DNA from: Mytilus edulis | Lineage: Eukaryota | NCBI RefSeq assembly: GCF_963676685.1 | Contig: NC_092348.1 | Span: 74,586,001 to 74,650,000, forward strand | Length of the DNA stretch: 64,000 nt | Direction of reading: 5' to 3' | Shown: in pieces, positions 24,655-35,141 of the stretch | Layout: each line of letters begins with the position of its first letter | Numbering within the stretch: the first letter of the stretch is position 1 | The notes under the pieces: generated by a model | Database searches by the model: none | Told to the model about the DNA's origin: nothing | The model's input: only the letters and a program-made list of their open reading frames with translations | Translations under genes and position numbers: made by a program

Positions 24655-25165
24655 GACCTTCAAACAAACTTCAAACATAATGACAATAGGACAATGGGGA
24701 ATAACACCTTCAAACATTAAGGCAATAGGACAATGGGGAATAACACCTTCAAACATAGGACAATGTGAAATAACACCTTCGAACATTAGAACAATGGGGA
24801 ATAGCACCTTCAAACATTAGAACAATGGGGAATAACACCTTCAAACATTATGTCAATGGGGAATAACACCTTCAAATGGGGAATAACACCTTCAAACACA
24901 CCAGTGAAATACATTGGACAATGGGGAATAACACCTTCAAACACGATGAAAATATTACAAATAAATTTTAGATTAAAATATAAGAGACATATTCTTTGGT
25001 AAATTAAACACAATTATGAAAATGGGGAATTACACCTTCAAACGCACCAGTGAAATACATTGTGCAATGGGGAAAAAGACCTTCAAACACGATGAAAATA
25101 TTACAAATAAATTTCTTAAATTTTAGATTAAAATATATGAGACATATTCTTTGGTAAATTAAACA
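24655..25165. repeat. Internal array of about 10 copies of caatggggaataacaccttcaaac with variable linkers (duplicate near 34638-35148)
   Basis: Units near 24691, 24731, 24761, 24791, 24822, 24854, 24876, 24919, 25021 and 25066; includes a higher-order ~145-bp duplication. Confidence 0.9.
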
Positions 25166-26327
25166 CGTGAAAATCGCATGTTTAATATTTTCCTTAAAAT
25201 ATCGGAAAAGTTCTCCCTATTGAACGAAAGTCCGAGTGAATTTAAAACAGACCCTGGGACGTTCTTTAAATGAATGAATATCTCTTCAGATGTGAAATGG
25301 CTGCATTCCCTTATCATTTTATTTAATTGATATCTTTGATCAAAAATTTCCTCGGCAGCATTAAACACATCTAATTCGGCAAATCCAGGATTTAAAACAA
25401 ATTGAAAGTCTGCATAATCCATAAAAATAATTAAAATTGGTGAGGGAATTTTACAAAAAAAATCTCTCATTTGAATATCACATTTTGTTGTTAATTTATT
25501 ATAAATACATGCAACAGATAAAGTTCTTAATGAAGGTGGAGCTGACCGCTTTCGTTTTTCACTCAGTGTCTTTTTTTCTACTTCTTCTCCCATTGTCCTT
25601 TTTCTGTTCTGATTGGCTAAAAGAAATAAATAAGATACATAAACTCTAGTAAAATAGTTTTCACATCATAAATCTACAGATACATGCATGAAAACAAATG
25701 AACAAAGTGCGACACCTGTATTAAGAAATTGGATTTCATAATGGAGATTTCTAAAATAAATGAAAAGGATGAATTGAGTAGTGCAAATGTGAAGAATATT
25801 CACTTAAAATGACAGATGAGCATGATTACAATTTTATCAATATGGATACAGCTGAAATCAGTGACCAGTTTCCACAACTGCACTGGCTTGGTGCAAAGAT
25901 GAAAATTGTCGGATTGTTATTCTGTTCGATAACTCTAGCAGTTATATTAATAAATGGGCCATTAAACAGTGAAAATGATCCTCCATTCATATCTGATGAT
26001 GTTAAACGAAACAGTAGCGGAAACGATTTATTTTGTAATAAAATGGACACTTTTGCTTTATCTGAAGATATTTTTGTAAATACATGTATATTGAATAGTG
26101 AACTGTTTGTATTATTGAGAAATGATCCTCTTAGAAATGAAATCGCTTTAAATCAAAGGCAATGGTTTTATCTTAAAGCGAGTATTTCACATATTGATAA
26201 ATCAATCTTTGATTGGAAAAAATGTTGCTAAGTTATAAATGATTTCTATCCTAACTATTGTATATAAGAACATATTAGAAACAGAATAAAAATTTGATCA
26301 CTTACTGGTGTTATCTTCACTCGCCAT
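25159..26327 (-). CDS. SOCS-box-like protein; exons 26327-26306 and 25616-25159 (159 aa; 144 aa from internal ATG 25593)
   Basis: PPSLRTLSVACI (BC-box-like) and KIPSPILIIFMDY (cullin-box-like); KRKR; donor CA|GTAAGT and acceptor tttcttttag join in phase 1. Confidence 0.65.
25741..26238 (+). CDS. Membrane-anchored or secreted PC4-fold protein (this copy has two probable sequencing indels; intact at 35724-36221)
   Basis: Hydrophobic segment IVGLLFCSITLAVILI; C-terminus IALNQRQWFYLKASISHIDKSI resembles the PC4 helix [22 protein letters not shown]. Confidence 0.6.
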
Positions 26328-26548
26328 CTTCAACTGCTTCAGAAAGTATGAATCCAGCTCCAGCTGTTTTCTTTTTCTTCTTTAGCCCCTTGAACGGGCC
26401 AGATTCTGCTGCAACAATCACCTTTCTGACGTCCGACTCTGACACTCCCGCCTCCTCATCGCTATCGCTGATAGCAATCACCTTTCTCTAAATAAGAATA
26501 TCATAATATAGAAAATCATCTTAAAATTTTAAAGTTATTTCAATGTTT

Positions 26549-26580
<32 letters not shown>

Positions 26581-26728
26581 CTTTTTATGGTACATTTAAT
26601 TGGATAATTACTTTAAATTCATAAACTTGAAAATTATAACTACTTATTTTGATTTACATAGAAAAAAAAAAAAACAAAAGTTGTTTTACCTTTCTTTTCA
26701 AAGTAACTTTTTTTACTTCTTCTTCTTC

Positions 26729-26760
<32 letters not shown>

Positions 26761-27688
26761 CTTCTTCTTCCTCTTCAACAACTATAACCTTCTTTTTCCT
26801 GCTAGGTTTTTGCAGCTAAAAAAATTAATATATAATAAAAACAATTGAACGTGTAAGAAATCATATAAATCAACGTTTGCTGTGGGAAAGAAATTCGTAT
26901 TTATTAGCGGTTGAGAAATTTACCTAGAAACAAAAATGTTGAAATATCTGCAACTGAACGTTTATCAAAACATTTTTTACTTGCTATCAATAACTTTGAA
27001 AATTAATACTAACAGTGGTGAAATCAACCCAGAAACAAGTGAAATATCTGCAGCTGAACGCAAGCCGCTTGTAAATACTCTCTATCAATAACTTACTTTT
27101 AACTAAAACGTTTGTTGTATATTAAACCTATAAAGTATATATTTATGTTCAATTATTTGCTGTTGAAGGATAATTAGAACGTTTATCATATAGTTTTTAC
27201 TCGCTTTCAATAACTTTGAAAATTATGTGTACTTACTAGCAGTAGTGAAATTTACGAAAAAACATATAAGGTGAAACATCTGCAGCTGGTGCTTTTATTA
27301 AACACTCGCAATATCTTACTTTAAAATAATTTTGTAGATCGCTCCTATTTCTTAGAGAATAAAATATATATCACGCTCAACTATTTGCTGCTGAACGATA
27401 ATAATTTAGCTATATGTTCATGTAAATATTTACTGCTAAATATTAGAAATCACTAACCTGTTTTTTTATTTCTGCCTCAGCTTTTAAAAGAACTGGCTTC
27501 AGATTGCATAGCTCTTTAAACTCATCAGTCCCAAGAGTTATGCTTCTGCTACTTGTTAAACTGCCTATGTGGATATAAACATATCCCTTGTACGGTGTAA
27601 CCGCAATGTTCTTCTTTCTTCCAAAATTCAACTCAGCCCGCTCTACTTCTCCACCAAATCCCCTCATGTACTCAACCTGGTTCATCAT
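26317..27688 (-). CDS. 3-exon PC4-like ssDNA-binding protein with a basic, poly-Glu, SIM-containing tail, 175 aa (exons 27688-27458, 26815-26690, 26487-26317)
   Basis: LNFGRKKNIAVTPYKGYVYIHI...SITLGTDEFKEL fits the PC4 fold; both introns are GT-AG and phase 0; exon lengths 231/126/171 keep frame. Confidence 0.8.
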
Positions 27689-28039
27689 TTTTATCGCTTT
27701 ATGATAGAATTGAGTGTACCGCGTTAATAAAGGAATAAAGCTTCCGTTTCATTAAATTATGAATAATAGTTTCCAACACTTATTTACTCCTAAAGGCTCG
27801 CCAACCTTCCATTATCCATGTTACACCATTTTATTAATTCATATGTAATTTCAGTGTAGATCTGTCCCGATCGCGATTTTTCATGTCAGATTGATCTCCA
27901 ATATTGCGGCAGTATTTGGATAATACACCTTCTGTTTACATTAAATCTTAGTTCATCAGTTTAAATATAAAGTGTTTATCACCTTTCAAATTTGAAAAGT
28001 GATCATTACTCAATAAATTTTGATTGTTTTTATTTAAGA

Positions 28040-28930
28040 TCAATTATATATTATAGATTTGTTCGAACCGGATTTTGATGGTTATTTTTTACATCTCATT
28101 ACTATTTTTTCTCTCTATATATAATTTTTCCTTCATTAAAACAAAACCTATTTTCTTTTCTTTTCTTTGGATCATATTTTCAATGGTAAATCGAGTTGGA
28201 TTTTGACGATTATTTTTACATCTCATTACTATCTCCTTTTTTTTTCTCTCTCTCTCTCGCTCTAATTTTTTTCATCGTTAAAACACCTTTTTTCTTTTCT
28301 TTGGATCATAGTTTCAATGGTGAATCCTATCTCCTTTTTCTCTCTCTCTATTTTTTCCTTCGTTAGAACATAAGCGACTTTTTTCTTTTCTTTGGATCAT
28401 CTTTTCTTTGGATCATATTTTCAATGGTGGATCATATCTCCTTTTTCTCTCTCTCTCTATTTTTCCCCCTACATGCTACTTTTTTCTTTTCTTTTCTTTG
28501 GATCGTAGTTAATTGTTTTGCTCATGACTTTTTTGCAGCTAGCTAATTTTTCCCATGTGTAAATATTTCATTTGATAAGATTTGAGATTGAAGCTTGTGG
28601 ATTACCATCTTTTATAATTAATAGTTGATAAAAATGTTTTAAGCAAAGTTTTTGTTTTGCAAATTTCTAGATATGCTCTTTTCTTTTCTTTGGATCATTG
28701 TAAATGGTGAATCTTGTTTTGTTCATGACTTTTTTTTCAGCTAGCTTCTTTTTTCCTGTGTAAATATTTCATTTTCTTGACAAGATTTGAGATTGAAGCT
28801 TGTGGTTTGACCTCTTTGAAGAGTTGTCTCATCAGCAATTAAACCATATTTCTTTTATAATTAATAAATTTAAAGTAGATAAAAATTAATTAAGCAAAGT
28901 TTTTGTTTGCAAATTTCTAGATGATATACA
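28040..28930. repeat. Degenerate repeat region inside the element (six TTTTCTTTGGATC motifs; ~190-bp imperfect duplication)
   Basis: Motif near 28161, 28295, 28386, 28402, 28492 and 28684; block about 28490-28670 resembles 28680-28920. Confidence 0.7.
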
Positions 28931-30244
28931 AATGGTGTCAACTGGTAATCATCCACATTGATTGGGGTAGCAATGCAGTGGGAAAAGTTTAAGAAAAGTC
29001 TAATTTATTAACACATATCAAATACAAATACTTTATTCCATGAAACAACATAGTAAGTTTCAAAACAAATCAAGTTTTCTGCACTATTTATATAACAATT
29101 GTAAATAATATAAACAAGAGAACTATCAAATGAAATTTGGTTATAAAAAACTTACATCATTTGTAATGCACCATTTTTTTCACATAAAACATGTTATAGA
29201 AAGCACCATGACAGCGGTTACAAATCAAGAATTTTTATATATTTATCTCTAGGTTTAACTTAATCATATAGCACTATAAAAAGTAATAAAAACAAAAGAA
29301 AAAAAGTTTAAGCAAACACAATATGATAAAATATGCGATAATATGTTGTAATTAAATTTGGATGCTGTAAATTCTCATATGAAAAAATTCCAAAGATGAA
29401 AATGATGATAAAGTAAACATAAAAACAAAAAGTTCTCCAAAACATTATATACATATATATATTATTTACATATATACAATAATACCAATCATATTTGTTT
29501 TTTAATTTAATTTATTTCTATTACAAAACTAAACATATGTAAATGGAAAACTAAAAAGAATAATTTAATGAAAGGAATAGATTAATAATGAACTTTAATA
29601 CCAGAGAAAGTAGATTATTTAATGAAAAGAATAGATTTATAATGAAATTTATGGTTTGAATGAGCATGAAACATATAAACTAAGGTGAATTTATAAAAAC
29701 AAACTACATGTATACTACTATTTACAATATAATAAAATGAGAGTAGAGAAATGCGAGTATAATCAAAATCTTTTCTTTAATTAAAATAAAGTGTAACTAA
29801 TCCAAATAAATCAAATGAAAGAAAATTGAAAAGTTTTGGTGATATAATTTTTCATAATATAAGTAGATTTGTAGAATACATCCTCATCAGTGATTATTAA
29901 AATTTAGATAACAGTGTATAAATAAGTTTATAAAATTTAGAAAAAAGATTATAAAATTTAGAAAAAAAAAAATAAAAAAAATATAAAATTTAGAAAAAAA
30001 ATTTAAAAAATTTCATAAAATTTAAAAGTTTAGAAAATTAATCATAGGTTAGTCTCTGTGCCGAATAGATATCCTGTTTGATCTTCTCAATATTCTTGGT
30101 GGTTGTTGTTGTGCTGGGGCTACTCGTCTGTTATTTTCACGTGGTGGAAAAAAATAATTTATAATTTCTTGAAGCCTTTCATAAATTGCGATGAGGATAT
30201 ATTCTACAAATTAAAAAGTAGTAAATACAGAGATAGATATTAAC

Positions 30245-31586
30245 TTAAACAGTTTTTTTTGGTGTATTAACAAAATCTGCAATTTCTATTTCGGATAGTG
30301 AATCTGCATCGACATTGAAGGAGAATTGGTGTTGGCGGAAATTGGTTTTTGCAGTTCTCTTCTTTTTGCAGATGCAAAATAACATCAGCGACAAGAGCAT
30401 AACACATGCTAGAGATGCTGTAAAGATAAATTTGAATATGTCACTTACTTTAAAAATTATAAAATATATTGATATATATAAATAGATTAGACCATTGGTT
30501 TTTCTGTTTGAATTGTCTTTATAGCTTACTGTTTGGTGTGAGCTTTTGCTCTGTGTTGAAGGTCATACTTTGATCTATAATACATTGGCACTCATACCGC
30601 ATCTTTTTCTTATTTATAAATAAGTGTTTTTATTAGAACATGTATATATTTTTATTTTATTTATTTATTTTATTTTTATATTGTTTGTCAATCAAATAAA
30701 TAAATTAAATTTAGATACTTACCAAAAATCATTATAAGAATGATCTTAATATTATCTAGACCCTTGTCTTCCTCCTGTGCATGTGGTGTTGACTTCTGAA
30801 ATAAAGAAATAAAATCATGTATTTCATGAAAATGTTGATATTAAAAAATCTTATCCTTCACATTTTAATTTGTTTTTAAGCACTATACTATAGAGAATAC
30901 AAATTGACTCGTTCATGTACATGTATTTCCTAATAAAAATAGAAAACAAAACGGACGTTTTAATTAAAAAAATATCAGATAAATGCTTACCAGTTGTTTA
31001 TCAGTGGTGCCGATTGACAATGTGGATCCTGGTGTTACTCTTGTTGCTGCTGTTGTTGTTGTAGAAGCTATGACTCCATTCTGTAAAAAAAAAATATACA
31101 TAATGTAAGAAATGTTTTACACAATAAAATTAATAAATAATATATAAGATCTGCTCATAGTTTAGGTTGTTTCTAGTCACTTTACATATAGAGACAATAC
31201 TACGTGATTACTTTAAAGCTCTTATTATTCTGTTATTCTTTTCTAATTTCCTATATACTTACATCACAATGTATACCATTAACAATTGTTATTGTTTCTG
31301 GTGCTGCTAAAACATTGCTGCATTTAGAATTTCCTTGTTTGATCTCAATTGAATGCAGGTCTCTATTATTTGCAAGGTCCAATTGTCCGGCAACAAAAAA
31401 TCTTTCGAATACGACTTTCTTTACATCTAGTCGGATTCTGGTGTTGTAGAGCCCTGCTCCAGTCCATCTGCAATGGAGAGTATCCCCCTCCACTGTGCAT
31501 ACATCTCTCAATTCATGCGAGCATGAAACAGCTGACATTGTGAAACAAATGATGATGAATATAAACATGGTGTTGATGGGTGACAT
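30245..31586 (-). CDS. 4-exon type I membrane protein, 219 aa (exons 31586-31263, 31080-30991, 30795-30723, 30417-30245)
   Basis: Signal peptide, 4-Cys ectodomain, Thr-rich stalk, TM IILIMIFASLACVMLLSLMLFCIC, KKKR stop-transfer; three GTAAG donors with phases 0, 0, 1 all in frame. Confidence 0.85.
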
Positions 31587-32160
31587 TTTGCAAATATTTT
31601 GAGGAATTAAATACCCGGATGAGAAATAAAAACAATAGTCTAATTAGGGAATAAATTAGGGGTAATTAATTCCGTGATATATGGTTGGGATAAGAGTGGT
31701 AGATGGATAAGGTTTAATTAATGTTTGAGTATGGATTGTTTTAATAAATAATAATAATAGTTTTTACAATATACGCTAGGGTTAGGGTTAATTAATATAT
31801 TTTCAATTCTTATTCATTTTTTGTTACAAATGAAACTTAAAAGTTTTATAAAATTTCTTCTCTCAACGCGAAGTCATTTAATCTTCTATTTTTTCAGTTT
31901 TACTTTTAACTTCTTTATCCAAAATATTAACAATTTAAATTGTCTATATGTTAAATGCGATGGAAAATAAATCAAAACATTCTTTTATAAGTGAAAAAAC
32001 AAAATTTTCATTTAATATTATACAACAGTTATATTATGTAATTTTCTTGACGTCTGCAAAATGCAACGTGTGAAAAAATCAAAACAGTCTTTTATATTTC
32101 TACAAATTTTAAAATCCAATATTTTGATATTATTCAACAAATATATTATACAATTTTGCT

Positions 32161-32260
32161 NNNNNNNNNNNNNNNNNNNNNNNNNNNNNNNNNNNNNNNN
32201 NNNNNNNNNNNNNNNNNNNNNNNNNNNNNNNNNNNNNNNNNNNNNNNNNNNNNNNNNNNN
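32161..32260. other. Assembly gap (100 N) between overlapping contig ends
   Basis: N run; the sequence after it restarts at the equivalent of 22279. Confidence 0.97.
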
Positions 32261-34375
32261 CGCGTTCGAGACCATGCACATGTTTCAGGTAAATTTCGTG
32301 GCGCTTCATGCAGAGATTGCAATCTTAATTTTAAAGAACACACATTCGTGCCAGTTATATTTCATAACCTGAAACAGTTTGATGCACATTTAATCTGTTC
32401 CTCGATAGGTATTTTCAAGAGTGAAGAAATTGGCTGCATAGCCACGAATGCAGAAAAGTACATCAGTTTCAACCTATCCAATCTGCGCTTTATCGATTCA
32501 TACCAGTTTTTGAATTGTTCACTAGAGGAATTGGTATCGTCAATGTCTAAGGAGAATCCGAAAGAAACATTTAAACATTTTACAAAAGAATTTGATGATG
32601 ATAAGCGGATTGCTCTTTTGTTGAAAAAAGGAACATATCCTTACGAATACATTGACAATGCAGCAAGGTTCAATGAAACTGAATTACCCTCTATAGACAA
32701 ATTCTACAGCAATTTATCAGAGAAAACAATTAGTCAAACCGAGTATGAACATGCGCAACGGGTATGGAATCAAATGAATATTAAGAATATAGGCGAATAT
32801 CACGATCTTTATCTAAAAACTGACGTTCTATTATTAGCTGATGTATTTGAAACTTTCAGGAAGAAGTGGATAACGAACTATTCCCTCGACCCTGCAAATT
32901 ATTACACTCTTCCAGGGCTTTCCTGGCAATCTGCATTGAAAATGACTGGTGTGAGACTTGAGCTATTGACAGATCCTACAATGTGGCTCTTCTTTGAGCA
33001 GAGTATACGAGGAGGTTTAACAATGGTGAGCTGCAGACATGCAAAAGCAAACAATCCCTACTTGAGCAATTATGATCCAGCTTTACCAACTTCATACTTG
33101 ATGTATGTAGATGCGAACAATTTATACGGTTTAAGCATGAGCATGCCATTAGCTGTGGGGAAATTCCAGTGGTTGTCAGAAGAGGAAATAAACGATTTCA
33201 ATGTCTTAAATGTATCCAATAACGCTGACATCGGATATGTCATTGAATGCGATTTGGATTACCCAGATAACTTACACGATCTTCACAATGATTTTCCTCT
33301 TGCAGTTGAAAAAGGAGTGATAACAAATGAAATGCTTTCACCTCATTCACGTCATCTGTATGAGCAAGCAAATGATGATGGGAAAGAATACCAACCGAGC
33401 ACCAAATTGCTAGCTACTTTGAAAGATAAAAAGCATTACATCTTGCACTATGTGAATCTAAAGTTATACCTCAAACTAGGTTTGGTTTTGAAGAAGATTC
33501 ACAATATAGTTTCATTTGAACAGCGTCCATGGTTGAAACAGTATATTGACTTCAATACCGAAATGAGGAAAAAGGCTACTAGCAATTTCGAGCAAAAACT
33601 TTTTAAAAATGGCAACAATGCTATTTTCGGTAAATCAATGGAATCGTTGCGGAAACATATCAACTTCTCTCTCTGTCATAGGTGGGATAAGTTTCAAAAA
33701 CTTACTGCAAAATCATCATTTAAAAGCTTTAAGATATTCAACGACCACTTGTGCGGCGTGCTACAAACCAAAACAAAAATTTTCTTCAACAAACCAATTT
33801 ACCTAGGACAAATGATTCTCGATCTGTCAAAGGCGCACATGGTTGATTACTACTACAACCACATGAAAAAACTATACAAGGAGAATGTAACATTATGTTA
33901 CACAGATACTGACAGTTTCATTATGCATGTGAGAACTGATGACATATATAGAGACATGTCGTTAAACAGTGAGCTATATGACTTTTCAAATTATCCAGCT
34001 GATCACCCTCTTTACACCAAAGACAGGAAATCGATTATTGGTTTATTCAAAGATGAATGCAAGTCCATTCAAATGGTGGAATATATCGGACTAAGAGCAA
34101 AAATGTATAGTTTTATCACCGCAGACGACAAGGAAACTGTAGTAGCAAAGGGTATTAAAACCCGAAATGTTAGATTCGAACAATATAAAAACACCTTGTT
34201 CAATTGTTCTCCACTACTCTCGCATATGTACACTTTGAGAAGTTTCAACCATCAGATTCACATGGTGAAGGTTGTGAAAAGTGGACTATCACCATATGAT
34301 GACAAGAGACACTTGCTGGATGATAATGTGCATTCGCTAGCATATTTTCATAGAAAATTAAAAGAAAAACATTAA
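32261..34375 (+). CDS. pPolB C-terminal part, uninterrupted (duplicate copy, 5'-truncated by the gap)
   Basis: Continuous ORF through KLFKNGNNAIFGKSMES to the stop. Confidence 0.9.
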   Translation, partial: RVRDHAHVSGKFRGASCRDCNLNFKEHTFVPVIFHNLKQFDAHLICSSIGIFKSEEIGCIATNAEKYISFNLSNLRFIDSYQFLNCSLEELVSSMSKENPKETFKHFTKEFDDDKRIALLLKKGTYPYEYIDNAARFNETELPSIDKFYSNLSEKTISQTEYEHAQRVWNQMNIKNIGEYHDLYLKTDVLLLADVFETFRKKWITNYSLDPANYYTLPGLSWQSALKMTGVRLELLTDPTMWLFFEQSIRGGLTMVSCRHAKANNPYLSNYDPALPTSYLMYVDANNLYGLSMSMPLAVGKFQWLSEEEINDFNVLNVSNNADIGYVIECDLDYPDNLHDLHNDFPLAVEKGVITNEMLSPHSRHLYEQANDDGKEYQPSTKLLATLKDKKHYILHYVNLKLYLKLGLVLKKIHNIVSFEQRPWLKQYIDFNTEMRKKATSNFEQKLFKNGNNAIFGKSMESLRKHINFSLCHRWDKFQKLTAKSSFKSFKIFNDHLCGVLQTKTKIFFNKPIYLGQMILDLSKAHMVDYYYNHMKKLYKENVTLCYTDTDSFIMHVRTDDIYRDMSLNSELYDFSNYPADHPLYTKDRKSIIGLFKDECKSIQMVEYIGLRAKMYSFITADDKETVVAKGIKTRNVRFEQYKNTLFNCSPLLSHMYTLRSFNHQIHMVKVVKSGLSPYDDKRHLLDDNVHSLAYFHRKLKEKH

Positions 34376-35141
34376 TACAATTGTAAATTGAAAAAAAAAT
34401 CCATATCCGTAATAAATTCAAGAAAAAGAAAACACACTGTACAATAATTATATAATATTTTATTTCATGTAAATAAATATATGATTTTATAATAAAATAT
34501 ATCAACATATTTAAGTTTTATCCGTTTGCTATCAACCTGGGGAAGTGAAATACATAGGGCAATGGGGAGTAGCATGGTAAAATGGCGACTTTAACTTAAA
34601 AACCCCAATGAAAATACATAACTTTAAAACCCAAATGGACCTTCAAACAAACTTCAAACATAATGACAATAGGACAATGGGGAATAACACCTTCAAACAT
34701 TAAGGCAATAGGACAATGGGGAATAACACCTTCAAACATAGGACAATGTGAAATAACACCTTCGAACATTAGAACAATGGGGAATAGCACCTTCAAACAT
34801 TAGAACAATGGGGAATAACACCTTCAAACATTATGTCAATGGGGAATAACACCTTCAAATGGGGAATAACACCTTCAAACACACCAGTGAAATACATTGG
34901 ACAATGGGGAATAACACCTTCAAACACGATGAAAATATTACAAATAAATTTTAGATTAAAATATAAGAGACATATTCTTTGGTAAATTAAACACAATTAT
35001 GAAAATGGGGAATTACACCTTCAAACGCACCAGTGAAATACATTGTGCAATGGGGAAAAAGACCTTCAAACACGATGAAAATATTACAAATAAATTTCTT
35101 AAATTTTAGATTAAAATATATGAGACATATTCTTTGGTAAA

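Noticed and set aside
24613-25013. MFEGVIPHCP repeat ORFs
   Set aside because: Products of the repeat array with frame changes between units and non-ATG starts
24655-25165. CRISPR-like repeat/spacer array
   Set aside because: Linkers are mostly very short, irregular and partly duplicated; there are no cas genes; the context is a eukaryotic viral element
26600-26848. Poly-Phe + strand ORF
   Set aside because: Antisense shadow of the poly-Glu exon on the minus strand
32018-32372. ORFs containing X runs
   Set aside because: They span the N gap and are artefacts
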